Shown: positions 23,928-38,419 of the stretch, piece after piece | Numbering within the stretch: the stretch's first letter is position 1 | Layout: every line of letters begins with the position of its first letter | NCBI GenBank assembly: GCA_013239625.1 | Contig: MU056029.1 | Span: forward strand, 1,116,001-1,180,000 | DNA length: 64,000 nucleotides | Reading direction: 5' to 3' | Source of the DNA: Lama guanicoe | Lineage: Eukaryota | Notes under the pieces: generated by a model | The model's input: only the letters and a program-made list of their open reading frames with translations | Told to the model about the DNA's origin: nothing | Databases searched by the model: none | Program-made: the position numbers and the translations under genes

Positions 23928-24585
23928 GTATGAGTGACTCGGTTGGCCATATGTGCCAGCCAGTATTGGATCCTGTCACTTATTTTTAAAATTATAGCCA
24001 TCCTGATAGGTGTTTAAACATTGAACATCTTTTCACGTGCTTATCTTACGGCTTATTTCTTTTCTAACTTCTAATTTACATCCTCTAGAGCCAAGTCTTC
24101 TGCCAAATACATGGCTTGCAGATATTTGCTGCATATGTAGCTTGTCCTTCCATCTTCTTCACAGAATCTTTTTGCAGAGCAAATGGTTTAATTTTGGTGA
24201 GGTCCGATTTATCAATATTTTTCCTTTTATGAATCATGCTTTTGGTGTGAAGTCTAAGAACTCCCCTCACCCCAGAGCCTAAGGATGTTCTATGTGTTCT
24301 TCTAAAGTCCATTTTATGTGAATTTTTATGTATGTCTGAGGTTTAGGTCAAAGTTCATTTGCTCCATCACCACTGTTGAAAAGATCATCTTTCTTCCACT
24401 AACTTGCTTTTGAGTCCCTGTTAAAAAATGTATGGGTGTGCATGTGGGCCTATTTCTGGACTCACTGTTCTATTCCACTGATCTTTATGCCTCTCCTGCC
24501 ACCAAAACCCACTGACTTGTGCTTACAGAGTAAACGTAATCATTGTATAGTCTTCCCTCCCACTGTTTTCTTCTTTATGAAGATG

Positions 24586-24718
24586 ATTTTTTTTTAATTT
24601 TTGGGGGGGTCATAATTAGGTTTACTTATTTATTTTTGGAGGAGGTACTGGGGATTGAACCCAGGACCTTGTGCACAATAACCACGTGTTCTACCACTTG
24701 AGCTACACCCTCTCCCAC
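24586..24718 (-). mobile_element. tRNA-derived SINE, camelid vic-1-like
   Basis: The minus strand reads gggagagggtgtagctcaagtggtaga...aaggtcctgggttcaatccccagtacctcc...aaataaataagtaaacctaatta, with A and B boxes and an approximate TSD aagatgattt/aagataattt. Confidence 0.8.
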
Positions 24719-27700
24719 TCAAAGATAATTTTATTTATTAGCTCTACTTACACCTGTGCCTTTTGTATACAGTTTAGAGTAGGTTTGTCTATGTCTACAA
24801 AAATCCTTCTGGGATTCCGACAGGAAACATCTAAAACCTACACATCAGTTTGAACCAGCGTCTTCCTATGATGAGTCTTCCAATTTATCAAATAATATAT
24901 TTCCCCACTTATTTACATCTTTCAGTTCTTTCTTCTGTATCTGGTAATTTTTAGCACATAGGATCTTTGCCTGTTTTATTAAGTTTATGCTTAAATGTTT
25001 CATTTTCTTGGAGTGATTTTGACTGTTACTGTGTTATTTTAATCCCAGTTTCCACGTTTGCTATTACTATATGGATATACGACTGACTTTCGTGGCCTCA
25101 TATCCTACAACCTTGCTGAATTCACTTACTAGTTTCAGGATTTTTTATGTAGATTCTTTGAGATTTTTCTACATAGATAATGGTGTCATCCAATAACGGG
25201 AATATGTTTCTTCCTATATGCCTTTTCTTTCTTGCTTTACTCAAGTGGCTAGAATAAGAAAGGTGAGAGTGGACGGACATCTTTGTCTCATTCCTGATTT
25301 GGGGGGGAAGATTCAGTCATTCAGTATTAAACATGATGACAGCTACAGATTTTTTGTAGATTCTCTTTATAGGTTAAAGAAATTATCTATTTTTAGTCTG
25401 CTGAACATTTTTAGCATGAATGAGTATTGTATTTCTCTGGTGTCTTTTGTGTCGCTATTGATATAACATGTCAATTTTATATGTTTTTTTTTCATTTAGC
25501 TTATTGACATTGGTATTGATTTTTGATTACTGAGCCAGCCTTATATGCCTAGAATAAATGACACTTGGCCGTGGTGTAGAACTCCTGTCACACACTGCTG
25601 GATTTGATGTGCAAGTATTTCGTTCAAGATTTCTGTGCCGATGTTCTTGAGAGATTCTGTTCTTTACTTTCCCTTTGTGTGCTGTATTTCCCTGGCTTGG
25701 TATCAGGGCAATCATGGCTTTACAAAATGAGTCAGGACCTGTTCTCTCCTCTTCTGTTTTCTAGAGGAGATTGTGTACTACTGGTATTTAATTCTTCTTT
25801 AAATGTACTATAGAATTCTACAGTGAAATTATTTGGGCCCAGAGGTTTCTTGTTTGGGAACCTCTAATTACAAATTCAATTTCTTTAGTCATTAATGGAA
25901 TGTGCAGATTATCTAATTCATTTGGGGTATGTTTTAATAATCTATGATCTTTAAGAAACTGGTCTTTTTTCCCTAGGTCGTTAAATTTATACATGCAAAG
26001 AAAGCTGTTTGTACTATTCCCTTACTTTCCATTAAATGAGTGCAGGATGTATAATGATAACTCCTACTTAATTCCTGACACAGGTAATTTGTGTTTTCTT
26101 GTTTTCTTGTCCAAGATTTATCAATTTAATTGATTTTTTTTAATCCAACCTTTTATTTGATTAATTTTTCTCTGCTGTTCTCTTGTTTTCAATTTCATTT
26201 ATTCCTGCTCTTGTCTTTACAATATCCTCACATCTCCTTGGTTTGGGCTTATTTTGATCTGCCTTTTCTTGCTTTTAAGGCTTAGATTTGAGAGCCCTTC
26301 TTTCTTTAATGTAAGCACTTTATGCTATAATTTTCTGTTTCAGCACTGCTTTAACTGTGTTCCAAACATTTTGATATGCTGCATTTTTTTTCACCCAGTA
26401 TTATGTATTTTATCTCCTTTGAAACATCCTCTTGGACTCCTGGATTATTTAAAAGTTTATTGTTCAATTTCCAAGTATTTGGAGATTTTCCTGTTGTTTT
26501 CCTGCACTGATTTTTAGTTTGATTCCATTATGGTTAGAAAACATACACTGCATGATGTGAATGCCTTTAAATATGCTGAGGTTTGTCTCATGACTCAGAA
26601 CATGATTTACACTGGGGAATGCTCTGTGGGCACTTGAAAAGAATGTGTATTCTGTTGTTGCAAAAAGTGTTCCTGAAATGTCAATCACACCCCGTTGATT
26701 GCGGCGATGTTCAGTTCTTCTGCCTCCAAGGAGCACAGCCACCTGTTTTACTGGGTGGTGGGTGGATGGCTACCCCCAGTTTGACCCTGCTGGCACCACG
26801 GAGAGGGAGGGTATGTGGTTTTTTACTGGTATTTGTCTGAACCAGGGTAGGTATTATCAAAAAGTTTCTGTTTCTCTTAGGCCATCCTTTTCCTGATCGT
26901 TTGGCTAAGAAGCATTTTTGGAATTTATTTTCTCTGATTTGTTGGCAGCAGACTTTCCAATCCACTCTCTGGAATACATGAAAGGAAAAAAAAAAAAAAA
27001 AAAAAAACCTAGGGGACTCAACAACAAGCCACTGCCCATGTCCTGAGGTCCATGTGCAAGACCTTCTTTCAACCTTCAGAACTTTTCTGTGTTTGCCTTT
27101 TGTGTCATGACCAGGGTTTTCAGTTGCTGAGAAGGAAGACTAGGAGGAACAAGGCTGCTCCATCTTGGCTGGAATTAGAAATCTGTTTAGAGGTTTTTAA
27201 ACAAGTTTCACTCAATTCTTCCCTTCTGTTTTCATGTCTTTTAGTTGCATTCTTGCTTATGAGCACCTCCACCAGAAAGAAGGCAAGGAAATAAAAGGAG
27301 CTAGAATTCAAAATCAGTCCATTTTGCTACTTGTCAGCAAAACTGGAAGAGGTCCAGTGAAAGAAGAAGTTGAAACTACTTGCTAAAAGGAGGTTTTCAA
27401 TAACCTGTGGCTGTTGATTTTCCACCCAACCCAAGCCCTCAATTAGGAGCAGGAGAACCTACGCCTGAGGCCCCCCGATGGCCTCGACACCGCTCTTCAA
27501 ATGTTTTCTAGATGAAACTGCTCAGAGAACAGCAACTTCCAACCTAGACTGGGAAACTACATGATAAAATGGGAATGTCAACTTATTTCCTTATGAAAAA
27601 TATACATGATGCTGTTAAAAATTGCTTTGCTTTGTACCCAGTGGAGGGACCAGCTGGAGTGGTACCTATCTTTGCAGCATGCCCAATTACATAATCAGAG

Positions 27701-30700
27701 GCAGGCTGAACACACAGAGACAAGTGAATTCAAGATTAACTAAAATGTGGAATTTACAGCAGATTTAAATAAGCTATTGTGGATTATGAGGGAAAAAGTT
27801 AACATAAGGAGCTGTCTTAGAGTTGAACGGCTCTCTTGAGTTAAGGAAATAGAATTTCATGAAATGCTTACCTCATGAATGGCAGGGAACTGCCAGAGAT
27901 GTGACCTATGGACACCTGTCAGGTGGGCTAGAAACATGAAGAGGCCAAAAATAATGTTGCTCAGAGTGGCTGAAAAAGGAAAGAAGGCTTTTTGCTAAGA
28001 ACATACTGAAACTCAGGAATATGATGAATTATAAAACTTTTCTGAAACTTATTTATTTTCAGATTTCACTACAATAGATCAATTTTTTTTCTTAAATTCA
28101 ACACAGAATGATGAAGCATATGGCTCTTTTTTCCCTTTAAAATTATGTATTATAAAATGTAACTAGCAGCTGGGAATATGAACTCTCTAGTTTTTCGAAA
28201 TCCTTCTAGATTATGGAAGATTCATGAACTACCAAGGTTCAAACTTACATAATGCATTTCTGTAAGAGTTCTCCAAAATCTGAGCATTTGTATTTTTCGT
28301 TTTAGCAAATTTGAAAAAGTGATAAAACTATCTAGAATTCATGGGATTCCTTCCTTTCTTTCCTTAACAAACCACAGTTTACAATTCATGTTGATCAAAT
28401 ATTTAAAATATCGTAATAACCTTTTAAATATCAACTGACAACACTGGCAACAATGTGGAAATTCAAACCAGAAATGCACCGGAATGTATCCAGAACAACT
28501 GCAGCTGGAAAGGTGCACTGTTCCAAAGTCTGTGGCTTCCAACTCCTGGAACCAGGCCCAACAGTAATAACAGAGCAGTGATCAGGCTCCCTTCGGTGTA
28601 AAACAGCTCTAGAAGCGTGGACAGTCATGAGAGAAAGGATCTTAAACTAATCACCTCTCCACCTCCTCCTCCAAATTTGGAACTTTATGTTTGGCTCCTA
28701 ATTTTCATCATATCCCAATAATCTCAAAGCTCCTTGAAAAAAATGCACTGATGTATCTAACTCATGACTACTTTTCTTGAGTGTCTGTGCTGCTGTTGAT
28801 CCAGTAAATGAAATTTGGTCAAAGCATGACTCTCACCCCCAACTTCTCTAGGTTTCAAACTGTCAAATCTATTCCATTTCTAGCTAACTATAGATTTTTA
28901 TTTTGGGGGGAATAAAAGCTATGCTGATGCACCACACTCAGAAAACTTTCTCTCTATCCCTAATGTACTGATAGGCGACCTAACCTGACTTCTAACTGGT
29001 ACTTGGCAAGGAGAAAGAGTACATGTTAAAAACGAACATTTAGCTTAGATAAGCATCCTTGCTCCTCCCAAGAAATACAATTTTCTATATAGAAAAGCAT
29101 GCTGTTAAAGATTTTTTAAAAATCAACAACACTGTTACTTAACTAGCAGACCAAGAGCCTCTAGCAAACACCCACTCTTTCTTTCCATCTCTTCCTTCCG
29201 AGTCTCCTCGTTAGCCATGCAGTTACCTAGGGTAAAAGTGATGACTTGAGGTGAGAGAAGTCCACGGACGTGTGTGCTGTGGACTCTCACAGTTTCACAA
29301 GGACGCCCTCACCACTCGCTGTGTGCTCCCTTTAATGAGGGTTTTTAATGGTTCCACGTTTGCCCACAGCCTTCTTTACGGTGATGGTTTCCTTGGAGAG
29401 AAGAGGTCCTTTGCAGCCTCTGGCCATCTCCACCATCAGAACAGAATCACTATCAACACTCATTGTTAACACATCTACTTATGGCTGGCAGTATGGAATA
29501 CATGGAGGCAAAGGAAGCTACAACATGGCAATGGGAGGAAACCTACAGGTGAAGCAATTTGAGACCAACAGAAGAGCAAAGAAAAATAAATATGCTAACA
29601 TTGTGCTGATCATCAGAATAAACTGAAGGTGGATAAACTTGGGGCCAATCAGCCTCATCAAGGTAAGAGCTTTGCCACGAACCCAGCTCTTAGACTCTGC
29701 GAGGGCCCCAGTGTCCTGCCCTCCCTCCCAGCTCAGAGTGCATACTCTCAGATCATCACTTCTTTTGTTCTTGAACTTTCTCATAAGAACCCTAAATCTT
29801 GCCCCTGGTACTAACCCCATGGCAAAGGCTCTGGACTTGTGCTGAGAAGCCCCAAATCTCCTCCTCACTCTCTTCCCTCGGGGCTGAGCAGGTGTCCACT
29901 GACACAGCCCATAGGCACTTTTCCCCCAGATCCCGGAGCGGGTCCTGAAGCTTAGCATTCCTGTCATGATGGGCATTAACTCTTTTACTATACCCAGCAG
30001 ACATTCTGGAACCAGTAAGGGCTCCCATCCTGGAAAGGACAGGGAGAACAGAGTGATCATGTTGTGCAAGCAGAACCAGAACACAGGAGATTCGCAGACT
30101 TAAGGCAGATCACAGATCTCTGCATTTGAGGGCTCCACACTAGGGTCATGGGGTGGGGGGAAGGAATCTACAATATATTACCAAAGTTACTGGGCAAGAC
30201 AATACTAGAGAATGAGGAAAGAGATGAAAATGATCTTTCAGGATTGAGTGATACGGTGGAAAACCACAATTCAGGAGGCCTAGCCAAGCATGAAACGATA
30301 TACAAGAGTGGTCCCTGATCACATTTTACACACACACGGTCCCCAGCACCTGCCAGTGAGGATACTCATCCCAGAAATAGAATCCAGAAATACACGGTCA
30401 AGGAAAATCTGGAAAAGAGAATTCAACAGGTAGGGGAGCCCAGTCAAGGGAAGGGCGTGGAGTGTCTCTTTCACACGCAGATACTGTCTCTCTCCCAGAG
30501 GAAGGCTACAGGAAAGAGCCTAAGGGAGGAAGGCACATTGCAAAGGAGAAAGGGACTGTGGGCCAAAGTGCAGAGCTCAGATGGCAAGAGTCAACTGTGA
30601 CGGGAGGAGAAACATCTTCCTCTGAAAAAGACACAAGGGCAGGGGCCCCTGCATCCTGCCCTAATCCTCTGAGGGAGACGAACTGTGGTTTCAGCAACTC

Positions 30701-31042
30701 CGAGGAAAGATAGGACGTGAGAATGGAGGCCATCGGGAGAGAGAATGCTCTGGGTGGTGAAGACAAGAAGAGTCAATAATAAGATATTCACTGGGAGACG
30801 TGGGTAGGCTCGTGGCACTCTGACCAATGTGGCTGTGAAGGGCAGGCTGAGGTTACAGGGCTGCAGAGACGGGAAACAGGTTTCTCTGGCGTCTAGGATG
30901 AGCGGCAAAACCAGTGCTTATGGAGGAAGGAACCTGAAATTTCTGCCAGAACAGAAGGAAGGGAAAGAAAGGCCGGTGGACCAGTGAAAAGAGTCTTCTC
31001 AAAGGCAGAATGGCTTCTTTGGTCAAATGTGTGACCTTGATG

Positions 31043-31128
31043 TAAAAAAATAAAATAAAGTACTGCAAAATAGAATAAAATAAAATAGATTAACATAAAA
31101 TAAGGAAAAATAAAATAAGATAAAATAA
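31043..31128 (+). repeat. Imperfect (AAAAT)n microsatellite
   Basis: aaaataaaataaag...aaaataaaataagataaaataaag. Confidence 0.75.
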
Positions 31129-34100
31129 AGCTCAGGCATAGGGGAAAATTTTGAGGAAATAGAAGGTTGTTTCTGAACGGCTTTCACCAAGACGCTATTT
31201 CTGGACATGATGGCAAGATTAAACACCAGGGTGGTGAGGAAAAATGGTTATCCATTCATCTCATAATCGATGTGGGAAAGTCCAAATTCATTTAAACTCC
31301 CCTTTCAATTAAATGTTAATGATCACTTAATTTTTTTTTCTCTGCATCAATAGACCAAACTGCAGGTCATTTTTAATATCTGATTTTTTCCTCATGAACT
31401 CTACGGAAAATAGTCCCCTGAAATGTTACTCATACAACAGGCCAAGTAAGCGAAGGCTCCGTTAAACACCACCTCGGAGTGATGGGACGCCCTTCACAGC
31501 CAGCTCGCCGCGCTCCGGGGAGATCAGGGTGGAGCCGGGTGAGGCCCCACCCAGGCCGAGCGGCCCCGCCCACCCCACACTCGGGGCTCCGCCTGCTCAG
31601 GGGCTGAGACTCAACACGGGGCTAAACTGAACTTTAAACATCTTGGTAGAATCTGATACTGTGGGCCTCCAGATAAAAACTGTCAACTGTGACTTCAAAG
31701 CCCGTAACAATGAATTTTTTTCCACCTTCCTACAACTGATTTCTGAGAAAATTCTAGTATTCTAGTGTAAAAGTTATTTGGAGAATTAGAATTGATTCTA
31801 ATTTGTCCAAAACGGTGACGTGAACTTGTGCTGTGCCTTCCACATATATCAGAATACCAAATATGAAATTAAGACGAAGTCGATATTAGTAGAAAGCCAA
31901 ATTCTTTGTATGTTTTTCTTGTTGGATGAGATTGTGCTGGAGTAATGGTAAAGTTAAGAACAGTTTTGAAGTTGAACTCAGTTTTAGCTTTAAATTCTAA
32001 TAGTCTGTAAGCTATTGTTCTGTTTCCATTCACCAAAAAAATACTTATTCTAGAATATTAGATACAAAACATTTTTTAGACAAATCATTGGGAGCCCAAA
32101 TCAAGAGATCCTTTCATGAAAGCTACTTGGTTATGTGTATCAAACACCTTAAAAATATTCATACTATTCGATTCAGTAATCCTACTTAATGAAATGTTTC
32201 TCAAGGAAAGAATACATAATAATTTACACAAAAGGATATTCATCAAAATGCTATTTACAAGGATATTCATCAAAATGCTACTTAGTCTAACAAATCAGAG
32301 CAAGTAGCCTTAATAGCCAAAAAGAAAACATTAAGTAAAATATATTATTCAGCCATGCAAGGAAATACCATACAATGCTTAAAAGATCTGTAGAATATGT
32401 TGAACAGCATGAAAGTGCCTGTAACATAAAGCTACACAGAAAAGCATGATAGTAACTTACGTACAGCATGTCAAAAATAGCCCATACAAGTTACATGTGC
32501 ATGGGAAAAAAAAGAAATACAACGAAATGTATTTTTCTATATATTCTAAATTTTCTTAGTGGGCAAATATTGGGCTTTTTTTTTATTATTTTGTGGAAGC
32601 AGTTAAGATGCAGTGAGTACCCAGGTTCCCAACAGAAACTCATCCTGTCTTCCGTAGCTACAAGGGTCTTCTTTTCAGAGAACACGCCTGCCCTGACACA
32701 GTGATAAAGAACACAGAGAGCCAACGCGGAGTCCCACGTGTTACGCAGAAAGCTCCGTGGGTGCTGTGGTCCTCTACGAGCTCCCGGCCGCGTGAGGGGG
32801 ACTTTCTGCGCTGCTCCTCACTGAAGGGCTCTCCTCCCTGCTGGCCTGCCTCCCATCACATCTGATAAGAGCATCCAGGCATCTGGGAAGACCCGCAGTG
32901 CTGAAAACACCTGGGGGTCTCAGCACAGGCTCCTGGCAGGTGGTAAACCTCCTTGGTGTCTGCACCTGAGGTGGCTGCCACCAGGAGGGTGGGGGGCGCC
33001 ACTTCAGGGACTCAACCGCCCTCAGTGGTTCCACGTTTCTCAAAGGAAAACGGAAGAAGAGCAGAAGTAAACAATTTTATCTCCTTTCGCCCACTACAGA
33101 GTGTCATATACCTACTTTCCAGTCAAACGTGGCCAAATGCCCCAGTATCCCAAGTATGTAAGGAATCAAAAATCCAGTTTCTTGTACCAATTTTACCCTT
33201 TTTTGCTATTTTAATCCCACCCAGAACTCCCTGAAGTCTTCTCCACTCCATCTAGGGCTTTTCACCCTCCTCCTGTTTAGAACACTCCCAGCGCCAACCC
33301 TGTCCTCGACCCCACCTTCGCTGCCACGGGCCCCCCATATCAGAACAGGCTGGTGACTATTCACACTCCACATATTCCTTGACCCACTCACTCCTGGGCT
33401 TCAGTCAGGCACCCTCTTCGGGAGTTTCCGTGACCCCTTCGTGTGGCACTGAGTGCTTGCCAGAGCTTCAAGGCTGGAGGGACAGAGGCAAAGTGTGACC
33501 AGGTGTGCCAAATCGGAGAAATGTGATAAAGCCCCAATTGTTGGCATTTGGTTGTACGATGCTGAGTGGTTTTTGTTGTTGTTGTTGTTTTGGTTATGAG
33601 AGCAGTTCCATACCAGTTACGTCACCTCTTAAATCTCAAGTGCTTAGAATGAAGGAGACGGCACATGAACAGGTCAACCAAAAAGATCAAGTTATGAAAG
33701 CCAAGAGGAATCATTAAGTGATATCAGTTATTTTGAGAAATAAAGAAAAGGAAAGTTCATTGCCTGGCCTCTCTCCAACTAGCTGCAGAGTTGACTGACA
33801 AATGCAAGTTTCTTCAATAAGCCTGGAAGTTTCAAAATCTACATACACAGCTTACTTTGGACTAACCCATTAGAGTAAGTGTGAGTTAGATATTCACCTC
33901 ATCCAAAGCACTAGAAAGAGTGTTTTGCCCACACATTCACAAAATCAGCCCCTTACCCTCCCGTTTTCTACCACTGCAGCAGCTTCGACTGTCAGTGTGA
34001 TGAAATTCTACCATGTTTTCTTTTATATTTCAGGGTTCTGTGATGATTGTAATTTCTATCATAATGTAGGTAGTCACACAAAAACACCTTCACTGAAGTG

Positions 34101-35630
34101 TGTTCTAGAAACACTCACACTTACACAGAAACACCACACAGAAAATAGTTCAGTAATATTGACGCTGATGTGTGATGTGTGAGCTTCCTCTCATTAAATG
34201 ACAGTTTCTATTAATACTGTAGCATGAGCAAATTCCGATTTTCTGTATGCACGTTATTGCATAATCCAGTACAGTCTTCGGCAAAGGCTGACATATGAGG
34301 AAATTGGATGTCAATTAATAGATGCCTGCTTTCCTGTCAGCCTTAAATTTCATTCCACTTTCCTCTGAAGCATGTTGGGGAAGACAAGGTTTTTCCTTAC
34401 TAGTTTTAAAAACGGAAAGCTATAATAAAAGGGGGAAAGTCACTGAACCAAATTGGTGCTTGGGGGCATCTAAATTGTAACATCAAAATTCCTGAAGGAT
34501 AAATGGAGAGGGAAACTGGTAGGTAAAACCCCCATTTCTCACCTCCTAAGGGGAGAAAATTTCATTCAGGTGGGCAGCAGAGAGACGGTGAAGGACGTCA
34601 ACCCCTGCTCCCATTTGACCTTTTCTCCTTCATCTCAGTAAACCAGCTGATGCCCAGGACCCGCCCCCTCCCACTGGTCCTCGGAGCTGGTGCTCCCCAA
34701 GGTGCTAAATCAGTGACACTTGGCACAGAGTGTCTCCCACTTTTATGTCTGAACTTTGCTGGTTCAGACCACCTGCCATACCCCATTGCTCTGGGAGAGA
34801 AAAAGGGGGGAAAAATTCACATAGCATTTTTTTTAAATCTCAAAAGCATCTATGTGTGGGGCTACCACTGCAGACACACGGTTTCAAAGTGCTACCCTAG
34901 GCATAACTTATTTACTGTCTTCAGACTGCGCTACAATTTCTCCCAACCAGATGCAACAATCCGTAATTAGCCGTATTTCACCTCCAGCAAACAAAGAGGA
35001 AGCAAACACTTTGAAATCATTAGTAACTTTTTGATCATGGATTACATCCAAGTTTGAGTCACTCTTTCCTCTTGGATCTATATCATCCTAAACAGGTCAT
35101 TTCCTAATTACATAATGACTTGCACGTCCACGTTTTGCCTCGTTCAGAACAAAATTAAACAAGTTTACGTATCTCATTTTGCAATTTCTAGCTCAGGTGA
35201 CCCCAAGGTTTATTCCTATATCCACCCAGGTTTACTTGCTCGCATTTTATGTAGAATCATTTCGTTCTGAGTGAGATGAAGGATCAAAAAAGAGGTAGAC
35301 GGTGGTAAAGCTTCATTTTTTGTAGAGATGCCACAATATGCAACCACCTTGGAGGTCTATGCTTAAAATTGTCTCCACTAAATGTCGACTTATCATCCCC
35401 ATCAGACTGAGAGCACAGTGCGCATGACTGCGACTCAGCCCACATCCTCCTCCTTGCCAACTGGATTATGAACTCAAACGATATTAAAATTCTCTCACCG
35501 AAATACCCCCAGAAGCCTCAAAACTGTTGCACGCATTAAATTCACATAGCATTTTTTTTTAATCTGAATATGGACAATTTGGTATCCAGCAGCATTAACT
35601 GACATTTCTAGATTGAGTTATGTGTCTTAC

Positions 35631-36112
35631 GTGATAATGGAAAGGTCACGCTTTGGATATGACAGGAGCATTTTAACAGCCCATTATAGTTTTCACTCAT
35701 CAATTAGTAAGGCTAAATTAAGACCCCCAAAAAAGTGAACATCGCCATGTGTGAAATCCAAAAATTAATGAGCACTGGTACAGGCTTTCAGCCACCCTGT
35801 TCCTGTACAACGCGCCCCGGCTCGCAGCACACAGCACGGGTAGCTTGGGAAGATGCGCCCTGAGTTTCCCAGGTGATAATGGAAAGATCACGCTTTGGAT
35901 ATGACAAGAGCATTTTAACAGCCCATTACAGTTTTCACTCACCAATTAGTAAGGCTAAATTAAGACCCCCAAAAAAGTGAACATCGCCGTGTGTGAAATC
36001 CAAAAATTAATGAGCACGGGTACAGGCTTTCAGCCACCCTGTTCCTGTACAACGTGCCCATCTCGCAGCACACAGCACGGGTAGCTTGGGAAGATGCGCC
36101 CTGAGTTTCCCA
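35631..36112 (+). repeat. Tandem duplication, about 242-bp unit, 2 copies
   Basis: 35631-35871 and 35873-36112 are near-identical (both start gtgataatggaaag and end ctgagtttccca). Confidence 0.92.
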
Positions 36113-38247
36113 CTGGCCACGCTTTGAATATGAAGCTGCAAGCTGCCAGCTGACCATCACTTGGCTCACCAATTAAACCCCAAGCAGCATCAAACAACAG
36201 GAAGCAGTGGTCAGTGGAAGGTAAACAGAACGTCCCTTATGTTTCTAACTGCTCACAGACTCTAAGAAACCAGAGAACTCAGCCAGAAGGCAGCTTAGAG
36301 AATCCATTCTTAACATACTTGTTAAAAAGATGATCACGCTGAGGACCGTTGAGTCTGAATGACTTGCCAAAGTTAATGCAAACCCTTCTGGGATCTGAGT
36401 GTTCTGACAATCAGCTCTTTTCACTGCTCTGCAAGTTTCTGACGCTCTGGTCTCTAAAGGTGAAGCAGCCTGGAGCACTGAGGAGATCACCTAGATAATT
36501 AAAAATTCCTAACAGTTCACTATAATAAAGTAACATCTCCAGTTCAGAGAGTAGCTCTTCCATCTATCTTTAGATAGACTTCGAGACAAGACAGCGTCAT
36601 GATAAACAAAGCACAGCATAGGAGAAAAGGGTCTACAGACACACAGTAGTGCCAAAGTGAAAACTCTCCTTTTTAAAAACCAGCTTTCTGTGCTTCCAAA
36701 TGCCAGAAACAACAAACCAAACAAACAAAAAAAGAAACCTATTACCCTTACAATCAATTAACATTTCTGAGTCTCTTTACATTTCTGGATGGACTCTGTT
36801 TACTCACCCATGACCACCAGCCAAGCCCAGCGCCCCCGTGGGGCCTCTGCAGGGCTGAGCAGCGCTGCCCTGCGTAATATTCCTGCGGCTCTGGAACAGT
36901 CCAGAAAATGCATCTGCCCTGAAGGCTGCTGTCACTGACCACCCGTGGACATGTATAAACTCTCCGTAGGACTGTAGAGGGTCATTCATATGGGGAATTT
37001 TAGAGATGACTTACTCCCAGGGATGAGAAAACCTTTCAACTAAAGAAAATCTTTTTTTAATCACTTTTTTTAATTGAGGAAATCTTATTTTTAAAGAGAA
37101 TTTTGTTTCACAGATAAGTAGGGACAACTAAATTACATAATATACAGTATACATAACACACATTGCAGATTATAATAAATATCTGGTTACACAATGTAAT
37201 ACATTCAAAGACAGGCGTCCACCCTCCCTAGTGGGACGCAGCATCGTTCTCACTGCCACAGCCCCAAGAAGGAACTCCAGCCTTCCAGGGCCACCATCTG
37301 GAAGCTGCTGGTCAAGCCCAGTTGCCCCAAGGAGCCGTATTTTGTTCTCAGAATTAACCCACTGCTGCTGGCCCAACAGCCTTTCTTGCGTTTTCCCTTG
37401 CTCAACACAGCCATCTCTGTCTCTGTATCATTTAGTCTTGTCGTACTTAACAAGAACACAAGGAGGCTTGAAACTCACAGGCCTTCCTTCAACGTGACAC
37501 AGAGTATTACTGTAGGAGAAAATCTCTCTGTTTTTTACCTAACTATAATTGAGGCTTAATCTGCATTTCCAGAAAATATTACCCACTCCCATTTGCACTG
37601 GTAGTTTTTTTTTTTAGTCAAAATTGTGCCTTCTGTGCTGTGGACATGGTCCCCAAAAGAGGCTTTATTAAGGCAATAATTTTCTCAGCCATCATCATTC
37701 CTGGGGACTTGAACTCCATATTAAAGATCATTCTAATTCAGTGGGTTAGGCCCCCATCTCCTAAACAATGTTCCACAGGAAACTTCGTGAGTAGTAAGGA
37801 TGATGGACCTTATGAACAGTGAATAAACTTCTGTTAACAAGGTCCACCTTCCCCTCCCAAAGAGAAAAATCCCCAGACATAAATTTTAAATGTTAACGTC
37901 TTCACCCCTCTCACGAAGATTTACAGAACTCATTAGCATATTAAAGGGTTTGATAATTCCTGCAGCAAAGAAACCTATTTTTACATCTTTAACGTAATCT
38001 CTGATACGGCTGGAGCGGAAACACTTTGATTATGGGCCACAGACGGACGGGCCTGCTCCAGAACAGCACTCCCTTCAACACAGCCCGTACCACAGGAAGT
38101 CCCACTCTCACGGGGAATTCTGGCACCCAGGGCCGAAACAAAGGAAAAACTAAGAAATGAACACTCATTCAATGGCACGGTCAAATACACCCTCACACCA
38201 ACGAATTATCCGCAGAGTGTTGAACGGCATCAAAGGAACACAGCGCA

Positions 38248-38365
38248 GGGGGAGGGCAAGCGCACGCCCGAGTCATGGGTTCAATCCCCAGTCCCGCTTC
38301 CAAATATAAATAAATAAATAAACCTAACTACCTTCCCCTCGAAAAACAGAGGGGAGAAAAAAAAC
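38248..38365 (+). mobile_element. Internally deleted vic-1-like SINE
   Basis: gggggaggg...gggttcaatccccagt...aaataaataaataaacctaactaccttcccc, with an approximate TSD aaaggaacacagcgca/aaagggatgcagcgca. Confidence 0.7.
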
Positions 38366-38419
38366 ACTCTTATAAAGGGATGCAGCGCATTCACTCCTGA
38401 TCCTCTGAACTGAGCTGCC

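Larger units (their letters stand above)
16870..26690 (-). mobile_element. Older L1M element (3' UTR and ORF2) split by the provirus and a SINE
   Basis: L1 3' UTR and ORF2 homology at 16870-17700 continues at 23928 (e.g. TTEYTFFSSAH..FPSVNHVLSHETNL..FSNHNGIKL at about 26500-26690). Confidence 0.75.

Noticed and set aside
24640..24718. tRNA gene
   Set aside because: The tRNA-like head is attached to a SINE body, A-rich tail and TSD; it is a SINE.
29518..30084. 188-aa minus-strand ORF
   Set aside because: No recognisable protein similarity; the region looks like decayed repeat-derived sequence.
32232..32280. Short tandem duplication (AAGGATATTCATCAAAATGCTA twice)
   Set aside because: Common slippage duplication in an old L1-like relic; nothing suggests function, and it is not a CRISPR-like array.
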